NCBI GenBank assembly: GCA_032718475.1
Contig: JAUCBJ010003888.1
Coordinates: 1-61,665, forward strand
Origin: Nemertoderma westbladi
Taxonomy: Eukaryota > Animalia > Xenacoelomorpha
Direction of reading: 5' to 3'
DNA: 61,665 nucleotides
In this document: in pieces, positions 11,901 to 23,300 of the stretch
Numbering within the stretch: position 1 is the stretch's first letter
Layout: every line of letters starts with the position of its first letter
The notes under the pieces: model-generated
What the model saw: the letters and a program-made list of their open reading frames with translations, nothing else
What the model was told of the DNA's origin: nothing
Databases searched by the model: none
Position numbers and translations under genes: made by a program

Positions 11901-13949
11901 CACCTCAATTGGAGTGTCTGGCGCAAACCTGACACCACCTTTGGGGTAAGTCCTTCCCTGCCTGTTATTTGGGACTGACACCCTTCCGCCGGATGACAAC
12001 GGCATTCCTGGCCCCGGATGCCAGGTCCCCACTACCACCGGCGCATTTGCGGCCAAGTGGGTCGATTCGGGAGCCAGGTGCCTTCCATCCGGTAGGTTTT
12101 GCTGGCTGTAATGAATCGTTGAGCGAGGATTTATCTCCGCTTTGGTTATTGAGGTGTTGAATGACACCCTTTCATCCCTTGTCTTAGCTAAAGTTCTAGA
12201 CAGGTAGTTAGGCTTGGGGGGTTCTGGGCAATCCATACGAGGAATATGGTTCGAGATGGGGCCTATTGGTGGTATAATATCTCTATCGCGGTAAGGGGTT
12301 GCTGCTGTGGTTGAGTGTGGAACTACTACTGGGTTAATCGGCTCAGCTGATACACCACTCGCTGGGGGTGCTACCATCTGAGATGGCTTCCGTTCCCGCG
12401 GATCTATATAGATCTTAAACCCAGGATCGTTTGGATCATCTTCCTCCTGTAACCTACCCATGGGGGGCCGCGAATCCAGCGGTCTCAGATGGTTTAAATC
12501 AGTCGGCTCTGGGGGTATCCTGTCTCTATTGTGTGGAGGCAGGTCCGGCAATGCCACTCCAACAGCTCTCTTTCGTCTGCACCGAGAGTAGCTACCACCC
12601 ACACTAGCGTCAGTGGAGTTTCCTTCATCCGACAAAGCATAAGTCCCTCTATTCGGTCTATCTTGTCCTCGGTTTGAACCTAACCTTTCCTTGCGCTGAT
12701 TTTCACTTAATCTCTTTAGCGCTATTTGGTTTTGCAAAGCTGATTCCTTCTGATCAGCTTCCAACTGTAATCTATTACGTCGTTGACTCGCATTTAATTG
12801 CAATTCCATTTCTAATATTTCCTTATCAGCTGCGTGCCCTTCTGCCTGCGCTTGCATGTCACGCTCGGCTTCTATTCCTTCTAGAACTGCCATTGATTCA
12901 GGGCTAGAGGGGGCTAAACCCTTTAACCTCCTACGTAGTTCAGCCTCTCCTGCTGTAGCTATGTAATGTTGTAGGTGTCGTGATATGGCGTCCATTCCTT
13001 CATCTTCGCCGGAACCTTCCGAGTCTGTGCGCAAGTCTCGTAGTGCTACTGTACCGTAACAAGCCACGTCCATACCCGGGGAATGGTCGGCCCATGTAAT
13101 CTTTCAAGAGCGAGTGCCTTCCCGGCTATCACAGCTATTCTTCTAACTGCCTGCCGACTATGGCAGCTAATTTGGTGTCATGATATCTACTAGACACTTC
13201 CCAGAAGGCAGACAAGACTAGTCGGATTCTGCAGACTAGTTCCATGACTTTAAAGTATGCAGCTGGGTTAGTTCTAGGGTCAGGCTGTACAGTCTGCAAC
13301 TCATGCGTAGGGGTTCCTATGTGCTGATTAAATTCTGTCACTTGATCATAAACCAACGCGGATAGTTCTCCCGTGCTGCATGGGACTTGTGGAACCTTTA
13401 GCTTATATAATTCCGCCCACGCCATGTCATTAAACTGGAAGAACCTATGAAGCTCCAGGTGATTATAATGTAAGCTTATTAGATGGTGCAATTCCTCCCC
13501 ATAGACTTCCTGTTCAGCAGCTACAGCTCCAGTTGCTATTCTTTCCTGGTAACTGTCGATCTCCTCCAACAGGCGAGCTAGTCTAGCCTGTGGGTGAACA
13601 GGGACGGTCTCGTCCGCAATGTTCTGAGAAAGGGTATTGTCGCTCAGGGGATGTAATTCCTCATTGCTGTTAGGTGAGGGGGCGAACATATGGGGGATGT
13701 GTTCATAACTAACAGTGATGGTGAACTTACTCCAACTTGTACAGGGCTAGTTGTAAGTGGTTCTATGTTGGCGTTATTCACAATCCCTCCAGTAAACTGC
13801 TTAGTTCTTATACGGGACCTGTCCCAAGATTTCTTGCTAGGGATGGGTGGCACAACTGGGTTAATCGTAGGAGGAATTTCAGTAATAGGGACAGTTATAG
13901 CTGGTGGACTTCGAGCAAATGGCTCGGTCTCAGTGTCCGATCTTGACAT
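9000..13949 (-). pseudogene. BEL/Pao gag-pol of el1 (frameshifted, internally deleted)
   Basis: KFDGDELKWLPF, BEL-type triple zinc cluster CPLCKTDSHPLAKC/CFLCLRPGHFRRKC/CPVCQGSHHPLLH, REFPVLQV, and RT fragment GGFRLTKFTSNS. RNase H and most of IN are missing; the IN C-terminal remnant CLLE..GSYGKQ lies near 9010-9065. Confidence 0.9.
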
Positions 13950-13974
13950 GATGTTGAGTCAATTAATCTTTATA

Positions 13975-16900
13975 CAGGCCAGCTCACCAACAGAGTGCCA
14001 TCGGATCCGATCTGAACCGATCAGATCTAACAGCTTCAAACACTTTCAGACAAACTCCCCCCGTCCAACAACTTCAAACAGATTCAGACAGTTTCAAACA
14101 GATTCAGACAGTTTCAAACAGAATCAGACAAACTTCCAACAACCTGTCAATCACTCCACCCACACTCAACCGCAACCCCAACTCAACTCCCATCTTCTTG
14201 CGCGCAGATAGAATGAAAGCATTTGAAACTACTAAAGGAACTCCATTCATAAAGCCACAATAACGACAGAGTGGACTGGGCACTGGCGGCGCCCTTGAAC
14301 ATTCATACTGTACTGTAACTTAAGCTGACCTGAAGGAACAGCCCATTAGTGAGGTCGGTATTTCTCTTTATTCCTGCCGCTATCTTTGAATAACACAATA
14401 GCAGAAAGCTAACCAGTGGTCTACCCCCAATACAAGAAAGGCAAGTTGGCTACCATTGAAATGAATGGGGAATGGAATTCTGTGTTCACATACTAATAAT
14501 ACACATGCTTTGGGTTGGTCTAGAGCCATACAATAGAGCTTTACGGAAATACACTTCCAAAGAGCCAAGCAGTGGCGGTATAGGTCCAAAATGCCCATGT
14601 AGAATTTCTTCGAATAAGGCTCAATTTCTTTAAGTTACATTAATTAAAATTCTGATAAATATATTTTGCTTTTCGCAGGAGGGACAGTATCCCCTTCTAC
14701 AGTTAATATAGTGTACGTACATGTGTTAGTTATATCGTTGCGTTTATTTATATTTATATACCGATTTTTACCAATCGCCCTCTATGGTTGCAGGGAAATC
14801 TGGCCGTTCCTTACTGTAGCCAATATGATCGCAATCGACAAGATTAAATCTACTTACTTAAAGAAAGCGCTTTGCCTACACAAGTCAACCCACAACCGGC
14901 TAGTCATTGCACTCTGTAATGAACGGACTCTCGTCGCAGACATCGTCTCCAAACTCCGTCTTCCACTAACTGCAAACTATAATAGCTACAGGGACATCGT
15001 AGCTCTCAAAACCAGCGAAATCCCCACCGGTTTCTGGCAGTCGCTCGGGTTCACTGACCGCAGTTGGTGTGGCCCAAACCGTAGACAGCGGCACGTGACC
15101 ACGCGCTTCAGCGTGCACGGTTTTCACCACCGTATCTGCACGAACCGCTCCTTCCACGTCCCCATAGACTCCTGCACCTGTAGACTATGCGGACTCACGG
15201 CTACAACGTACCACCTGCTAGACTGCCCACAGAATACCGCCTCCCTCTCCAAATGGGCGAACTCTGCCGAATAGCCCCCCCCCCCCGACCAGTTTTTACA
15301 ATGAATTAATATTCCAATTTTAAAATTCTACATTTTTCTTAACTATATGAACCATACATTATCTTATTATTTATTTATTTTATTTTACTTGGAATTTTGT
15401 ACTGTACATACATTGTGCCACACCAGGCGTTATTAATAAATATATATTAATAAATATATATATTTATATAGGTTTGGATATGATCTCTACTAGTTTGATT
15501 TTTGTTTTGTCAATTAATTAATTGTGCGGTTAATTTGTCAATCACAGCCTTAATTGGCTACATTGCTTATTGTATGAATGAATATAATTAGTTATTAAGA
15601 CATTATTTTAATTAGTATCTGGTGTGATTAGGTCTACCTTTTACATAACAACAGTACGTCAATGGCGGATATACTACTACTACTAAGTCGAGCGAACTCG
15701 GACAGTGGAAATGAGATCCTTCCAGGCTTCCCGATTCTCCATAGTTGTCGCAATTTCGTTTCTCCCAAGTTCAGAGATGGCGGATATACATTACATCATA
15801 ATATGGCATGGCAGTCACGTGAAAACAAGGGCCTTCACATTCCCAATTCTCTATCTAATCTATTATGGTTGTGCGTAATGCTCAATACTACTTTATGATA
15901 TTAATTCATTCACGTTTAACATTAACAGCCACGTTTCATCAACCCCCCCCCCCCCCCCTCCCCTTCCAATGTGACAAACTATCACGATATGTTGGCGTTG
16001 GGCCCCGTCCCTACGTCCACCCTCCCTTGTGAAGGGCTAGGGGGGACTTTCGACCCATCATTACTAAAGGGTAGTGATAATATTCAAAATAAGTTTTCCC
16101 ATGTATACGTAATTTTATTCTTAAATAGGTACTTGTTTGTTCCTAAATTCTGCCTAAATGCTGCCTTACTCAATGTTAAATAATTTATTGTTCTCGAATA
16201 TTTATTTCGTAACTAGGGAACCGCTTAACTACAAACCAATATTGGATATGGAGTTCCATTTCGAAGTTCGCCTTGCAGAGACTAAAGTTGCAATAACTTT
16301 TGAGTGTGTGAATGTAATTTACTCAAATAGGGTACGTGCGCGAAAAAATAGTTAGGCTAGAAGTATTACGTGCAAACCTTTTCATTTCGATGCTCTTTCA
16401 ACACAACTAATAAAATTAACCAAAAATATTTTTTTCACTCATTGTAATTATATTTACTATTTGCTTAATCTGTTTGTGTTTATATCTGTTTATGTGCAGT
16501 ATTTAGTGCCCTACGTCAAAGAAACTAATATATTTATAGCATTATTTACATTTCTAATTAAATTAAGGAATTAAAAACGTGTTGGTGTTATTATATTCAT
16601 TTATCGGAATTTATATTATAGGAATTTATTATTCGTTTATGCATTATAGTTAATTAATTGATATAATTAACGACATAATTATGTAAATAAATTGTTAAAT
16701 GAAACAAATCTTTGTTTCGGTTTATAATTGGCAATAGCACACCCTCACAATCACTTCAAATTGAGAGTTAAAGTGAAAGACATTTTGTTAATGAACTACG
16801 CTTTTGTAAGGCATTGGCAAATTCCAACAAATTCCGATGGCGTCAAACATCTTCAGACAACTTCAAACAGTTTCAGACAATTTCAAACAGCTTCAGACAA

Positions 16901-17134
16901 CTTCAAACAACATCAGATAGCTTCCAACAACATCCAACAGAAATTTCAAACACTTTCAGACGGATTTCAGACAGATTCAGATGGGCTCCAACAGACTAAA
17001 CTTGTTGGAAATATTTTCTCCAACAGAATCAAACAGTACTAAATCTCCATAGGTTAGCATTGTGCTTGTTTGAAGCTGTCGGAGTGTGTTGGATCCGATC
17101 GGATCCGATGGCACTCTGTTGGTGAGCGGGACTG
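13975..17134. mobile_element. Non-autonomous TIR element (Tc1/mariner-like) with nested insertions
   Basis: TIR CAG(G/T)CC(A/C)GCTCACCAACAGAGTGCCATCGGATCCGATC at both ends, TA TSD, and internal ~10-bp TTCA(A/G)ACAG arrays at 14030-14140 and 16830-17040. Confidence 0.8.
14761..15458 (+). mobile_element. 5'-truncated non-LTR retrotransposon 3' end
   Basis: ORF2 C-terminus LYGCREIW...KSTYLKKAL...CRLCGLTATTYHLLDC, AT-rich repeat tail, and a 12-bp TSD TATATTTATATA (14749-14760 / 15459-15470). Clade not assigned. Confidence 0.75.
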
Positions 17135-19249
17135 TACAAACTAGGTATAGTAGCTACAAATAGGTTTTTAAATAAGTATTATTTCTGTAAAGCAAAGAAT
17201 TAATTGTTAGTGGGATTTTCTATTTGCGCCACCTAGAGAATAAATAAGTTGACTGCTGTTGGGGATACAATGTTTTTTGCTCCCGCTGGGCGGCTTTATT
17301 TTTGACAATCTAAAACGCCCTATAAACGAAACGGGAGTAACAAGTATCGCAGGATCTTTTATGCAATTCTAGTTTCTCCGCTAGTAGTCGCTGTCTACAG
17401 TGATTCCAGTAAAAATGCTGTCCGTTACTGTCTATTTTGGTGATGATATTCAAGAATGTCAGGTATGAATTATCATTCAATGAGAGGTGGTGAGATCTGG
17501 ATTCCACGAATTGGATAATAAGTAACTAGGTTACACAAGCCAATGAATGTAAGGAATGTCCAACCACTGTTGTCTAATACTATTGGTGGCGGGGGTGTAT
17601 TGCGTCTCAACACCCAAGGACAGTTAGCAGCACCAATGATGGGAATTGAATGTTATATGTCGCGACTAGGTAGGTTGAACAAAGGAGTTTTAGTCTGAGT
17701 TGAAGCCGTTTGGTGACAAGCTGGTATGTCATCTTGGGGCGAGAAGTGAATCGCCTTGGGGTTGGATTAAATTGCGGGTCGCAATAAATCACTGGTACCT
17801 AATTAATGTGCAAGATTTGTTTATCAATCTCAAAGCACAAGTGCTACTGAGAATATTCCTTCAAATAATGTAGTTATGAATAAATATATGGGTCTGAAGT
17901 CACCTGTAATCCAAACAAATTGTTATGTTCAGAATGTAATTAGCGTGGGTGTCCGTTCCCTTGAATTAAATGCAAGGGTTAATGTGTGTCAACATGTGGC
18001 CGGTTTCTACCTGTTAAATAAACAGTTTAATGGCCTAGAGAAGAATGTAATAATTAAATATGATGGTATGTAGGTAGTAAAACGTACTTACGATATATGG
18101 GGGTTGCAACACTATGTTACAAGTTTATAATAATAACAGTTAGTATGAGAGTAAAACGTATGTACAGTAAAACAATGAAATATATATACCGGGTTACTTG
18201 GTTACTAAATTAAAACCGAAAGGTAGAACAAATTTTGATAATATGGTCCGTTACACGCCGTTTAAATATTAATTAAATTATTAAGCTACGGTAATGAATG
18301 TCGTAATTTATCTGCAATTAATCGTTTCACACGCAGTATGCCTCACATTCCCTTTGGTGATTTGGATTCACACTGACTTCGCAAACTGACGACCAATAAT
18401 GTTAAATTAAACCACAGTCACACAACTTAATCGTTAACTCAATCAGAAATTTTCACGGATATGCACCTGCAATAATTGCATTCGCACAATACTGCACCAC
18501 AAAATTCACAAATGCTAGTATAATATTGTAACACATCAATCCAAACTACAGTTATCACACCAAATAATCGCGGGATTATCACTATTATCTTTTGTCAATA
18601 ACGCTCTCTCTGTTTTGCAACTTTACGCTTCATGTTCCGCCGGCCTACAATTTTACAACTCCCGCGGGGAACATAGGTTTTACAGCTCAACACATTTTGA
18701 GAATTTACACGTCGGGGACAATGTAATGTTTCAAATTCGTCGACAAAGCATTCAGTTCTCAATATCAAATAAAATAAAAACATACGCAAATAATACAACA
18801 CCAGTTCTACACGCAATTGAAGTAGTTTATTTACACGGAAGCTGCTGTGCGAAGTAGGTACACGTTCGTGGGGCCTTCGCGCAGCACGAGGCCCAATTAT
18901 GAGATACAAATTAAAATTGTGCGACTGTATCACAAAATCAGGTTATGAGAGATTAACCCACACCACCAATTAATCAAAGAAAGGGGGACAGTACGTGTTC
19001 ACTCCTTTTAATCTACACCCCCCCCCCCCCCTCCCCCCACCCACCAATCCATAACCGCGACATCTACCACCCACGGAAGGGTAGCACGAACTTATTTCCA
19101 AACGCACGTTCAATATGCAAAGCCAGGTGGTTTATAGGAATATAATCAATGCAATACTCGTCTTCATTATAAGCCTCTTTGCGTTCGACCTGTTTTGTAA
19201 TAAAATATATTTATTAAACGCAGGCTGATGCTCTTTATAATAATAATAC

Positions 19250-19590
19250 CTAGGGATGCCAGCTTCCAGACTTTCAATCTTTACTGCCGCGCAAACCCCG
19301 CAGAGGAAGTTTTGTTTTGAGAGGTCAAGCCCATCGGTAATTGGTGTTTCAATTTCGGTCCAGGAACTCTGACAATGGGAGCATTCAATCTTAGCTGTGG
19401 TCCATTCCCGTGGTTTCGGCTTCCTTTTCTTCGTCCCAATGACAGATTCTTCTGAAGACGTTCGATTCGCTTTCAGTTTATTGTTGGCGTTTGTGTTTTG
19501 AAGTTGTATTCGAGTGGACAGTCGCGCCGGTTTCGAGGTAACCATACCGACCTGTGATAAGCGTTGGTTTTGTTGAGTGCCGGTATTCAT
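19250..19590 (-). pseudogene. Possible LINE ORF1 N-terminal fragment (PHD-like finger)
   Basis: IECSHCQSSW...FLCGVC followed by a coiled-coil-like KIESLEA, then abrupt loss of coding character. Confidence 0.4.
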
Positions 19591-19913
19591 CTTCTCTCAC
19601 CTCTTCAATGTAAGATGTTGCAAATACTGATAACACGAATTCCGGTATATATTTCAATACTTGTCAATAGTAATATATATAATTTAGATAACTATTTTAT
19701 ATCTGTACTGTTGAGCAAACTCTACATAAATTCCAACCTGTGTATCGCCGGTAGTGCTGTTGTTGTGCAAGTGCTGAAGTGCTAGTTGCCACCGGTCAGC
19801 CGGTACCGGTAGTAGGGTGGTACCTACGGTGCGCACTACAACGGCAGTACAGCAATACGGTGTACCGTGCCAATGACTGAATGATTAGCGGTAACTATCT
19901 AAACTATTATATT

Positions 19914-21091
19914 GACAGCGCGGCGACTGAAAGGGAGTGGTGGGCCAGCTGGCAGCGACTCAACACGCTGGCGGGACTACCTTATCCGGTATGGGTCACA
20001 TAGCCAGCGTCTACGCGAATCTATTGCCTCTATTGCGTGTTCACTTGCCAACAGTGTAGTGCCATGGGAATCAGTTCGGTCGCTGATGGCTAGCAGACTT
20101 ATTGCCCTCGATAAGTGCCCCGGGGTTAGGCCCATAGGCATAGGGGAGTGCCTCCGCCGAATCTTGGCAGAAGCAACTGGAGATGATGTCACCACTACGT
20201 GTGGCGCAGAGCAGTTATCTGCGGGCGTGATGGCAGGTGTGGAGGCCGGGGTACATTCAATGCACTCGGTCTTCGTGGATGGGGCATTATTATGGTTGAT
20301 GCAGCTAATGCCTTCAACTCGCTGAACCGAGTCGCAGCCTTGTGGAACGTCAGGCAGCTGTGGCCTCGATGTTCAATGTTTCTCTTCAACTGTTACCGTG
20401 GACACAGCATTCTGACAATAAAGGGAACCGATGCTGTGCTGTTCAGCGAAGAGGGTGTAACACAAGGAGATCCTTTAGCTATGCCTTTTTACGCTTCAGG
20501 CATCCTCCCTTTAATCCACGAGTTGCCATCACTTAAGGTTCACCAAAGTTGGTTCGCTGACGACTCTTCTGGTGCCGGAAAGCTCCAGGATATTCTCGAG
20601 TGGTACGAGCACTTACTTCGTCTGGGCCCCGCTCTCGGATATTACCCTCAGTCCGCCAAGAGCTTTCTCGTTGTGGCTCCAGAGTTTCTGGAGGAAGCCC
20701 AAAGTGTATTCGCCGAGCACAATATTAACATCGTTACAGGACACCGATTTCTGGGCGGGTTTATTGGTAGCAAGTCGGAGTGTGTGAAGTATGTCGGCGC
20801 CAAAATCGCATCCTGGGTAGCCTCAGTTGACAAGATGGCCGAGGTGGCGGAGGCCCAACCCCACGCTGCTTTCTCAGCCGTAGTTTGCTCACTCCAACGG
20901 GAGTGGGCATACCTCCAACGCGTTGTCCCAGACTGCAGCAGTCAGTTCGATGTGCTAGAGGAAGCGATCAGCGATAGGTTCCTGCCGGCAGTCTTCGATG
21001 GGCGAATTTCGCAACCAGAACTCAAGTTGTTTGCCCTGTCTCCGCGAATGGGTGGTCTGGGGTTGCGGAACCCGGTTAACGAGGCCGATAC
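19914..21091 (+). mobile_element. CRE-like RLE non-LTR retrotransposon, part 1 (RT; 5'-truncated)
   Basis: RPIGIGECLRRI, VDAANAFNSLNR, GVTQGDPLAMPFY and WFADD; one frameshift near 20280; left TSD ATTATATT at 19906-19913. Confidence 0.9.
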
Positions 21092-22353
21092 TGTAAAAGC
21101 TTCTGTGGGATATAACTGGCCCTTTTGCTTCGCAATCCAGTTTCCCCCCCAGGCGCTGGAATACTCTAAAAGGTTCTCTAACTGTATATATATTCCCCTC
21201 GCCCGCAAGGTACTGTTACAGGTGTTTTAACGGACATAAAAGTCATTCTTCTATATACGTGTTTTGGCGGACATGGTAAGGCAAAAAACCTGCAATGCAC
21301 CAAATACCTTTCACAGCTTAGCCGTGATGATTCATATTACGACATCTAACAGCTGGTTGCTGACATGGAAACAGCCATTGGCCACATGGTTCTTTGTTTA
21401 GCTTAAGCCAATCAGAGCGATTTTTTCTGTCGATGTGGAGCTTTTCGGCCGATCATACTAGGAGTGTTCAGTCTTACTGTTTTTTGTGATACTGTTGTGT
21501 TATTGCTATCTAGGCCAGGAACAACGGCTCTAGAGTCAATTCGTTTCATACTTTAGAAGAAACATTAGTAGGCTTAAGATTATAGAGCGTATAACTGTTA
21601 TCAGTCCAACTCACTTGTCACAACATATCATTCATATCATATCTTAACCTACCGTCTTAATGCTTTTACTGTTGTCATATTTTGTATTAGTTGGTCGAAT
21701 ATTATTTGGAGAACATATATAAAGAACCCAAATTTCCCAATTTTCTTGATACACTACAGGTTAGAGAGACGGGTTATATATAGCGATTGCGACTTATATT
21801 GTTGTGGTTTGTAGTGAATTTAATGCTATTTGGTAAGCACTACATGATTCGTTGCTGTTCTCTTTATATATGATAAAATTCATTGACGGTCGGCAAATTA
21901 GTGAGCAGTATTGTGTGTTACCGGTAGTGTGCATGATTGTGACTGATAACTAAGCATTTCCTAAAGAATGCGCCTCATACGTGAATCATAAGCCTTACCG
22001 ACTTACCGTTGTGATTAGTATAAGTCATATCTCTGTTTACCTAGATAGAGCGCCACGTCCTAAAGGAACTGTTAATATTTCCCGAAAGTGAATAATATTG
22101 GTCAGAAATTAATTATTAACGATCAATCGAATAATACAATCCAGTAAGCTTACACTGCAATAATAATCTAAGCCCTCAGAATCCAGTCTCCCGGGTATAT
22201 CCAGCGGGTGAATGGACGCGCACTAGGCTGGCTTCTGCTAATGTTGTGTTTATTGGTATTAAATATTTGTCATCTTCTAAAGTATATTTATAAACCAAAA
22301 GACATATAAATTTTGGCAGGTTAAACTGCTAAAGGTCTTCAAAAGCGCGTACA
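21092..22353 (+). repeat. el2 5' LTR
   Basis: Direct repeat of 37536-38797; four substitutions seen by eye. Confidence 0.97.
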
Positions 22354-22364
22354 ATAACAGTTAT
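22354..22364 (+). promoter_or_regulatory. Non-tRNA primer-binding site of el2 (complementary to LTR 21591-21601)
   Basis: ATAACAGTTAT directly follows the LTR. It has no TGG start and is the reverse complement of ATAACTGTTAT at 21591-21601. Confidence 0.75.
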
Positions 22365-22418
22365 TGACTTTATTGCAGTAAGCAATAAAGTTGAAAGTAC
22401 CGGTCAACCGGTAAACCT

Positions 22419-22546
22419 GAACCGGTACTTCTGTAGGTCAGTAGGCCCAACTGCCAGAACCGGTACTGCTGTAGGTCCGTAGGTCCAACTGTCAGAACCG
22501 GTACTTCTGTAGGTCCGTAGGCCCAACTGTCCTAACCGGTACTTCC
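22419..22546 (+). repeat. 38-bp tandem repeat x3.4 in the el2 leader
   Basis: Unit GAACCGGTACTTCTGTAGGTCCGTAGGCCCAACTGTCA; homologous array at 40907-41032. Confidence 0.85.
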
Positions 22547-22724
22547 AGTATAAGTACATTAGTATTATTCGATTTTGATTATTGTATACCGGTAGGTCTC
22601 GATATTAAATCGGGGACGCCTGGTTTTTATTGGGATTTTACTTAGGTCTATTAGGTTAGCTTACTAACTTAGGTTTTATTTCCTAGTAAGTTAATATTGA
22701 GCTGAAGACGTGTAAGTCTGCTCA

Positions 22725-23300
22725 GATTGTTCAGATAACTGTAGGCCGGACTGTTGTCGGATTGTTGTTGGGTTTGGAGAGATTACTGCGTGTGTAGAGT
22801 TTGTCCGATAGAGCGCCAGTTAGTAAGTTGGGGCAGCCATAGCTGTAAGGTCAATCCCCTCTTAAAGAATAAGTCGTACTACCGTGTTAGAACGCATACT
22901 AACTAACAATTTTGGAATCTGCACATACTGTAGTTTATTTAGGCTTGACAGTATTCTGCCAGCGTTTTGGCCTGTGTTTGTTTGTGCGGTCTGTTCAGGT
23001 ACCGTAATAGTTATTACTCAGATATTTTGTAGGCTGGATTGTTGTCTAGCTATTATTAGGTCTGAAGAGATTGCTGCGTGTGTAGAGTTTGTCTGATAAA
23101 GTGCCAGTTAGTAAGTTGGGGCAGCCATAGCTGTAAGGTCAATCCCCTCTTAAAGAATAAGTCGTACTACCGTGTTAGAACGCATACTAACTAACCATTT
23201 CAGAATCTACACGTACGGTAGTTTATTTAGGCTTGGTGGTAGTCTGCCAGCGTTTTGGTTTGTATTTGTTTGAGTATTCTGTACGGGTAGCGTAATATTT
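22725..23300 (+). repeat. ~288-bp tandem duplication in the el2 leader
   Basis: GCCAGTTAGTAAGTTGGGGCAGCC... at 22815 and 23103. Confidence 0.9.

Larger units (their letters stand above)
3422..18400 (-). mobile_element. Decayed BEL/Pao LTR retrotransposon (el1), divergent relative of el2/el3; LTRs not identifiable, right end approximate
   Basis: Fragmented gag-pol homologous to el2, an ORF3 homologue, and shared non-coding motifs (7847-7887, 8232-8321, 18191-18206). Interrupted by several insertions. Confidence 0.85.

Noticed and set aside
16728-17042. Gln/Thr/Ser-rich ORFs (also the distal part of 13690-14211)
   Set aside because: Translations of the 10-bp subterminal repeats of the TIR element.
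18400-19900. 5' LTR and PBS of el1
   Set aside because: No convincing TG...CA-bounded LTR or self-complementary PBS was found; the region appears replaced by other repeat fragments.
22419-22546. CRISPR-like array
   Set aside because: Contiguous 38-bp tandem units with no unique spacers, no cas genes, and a eukaryotic context.
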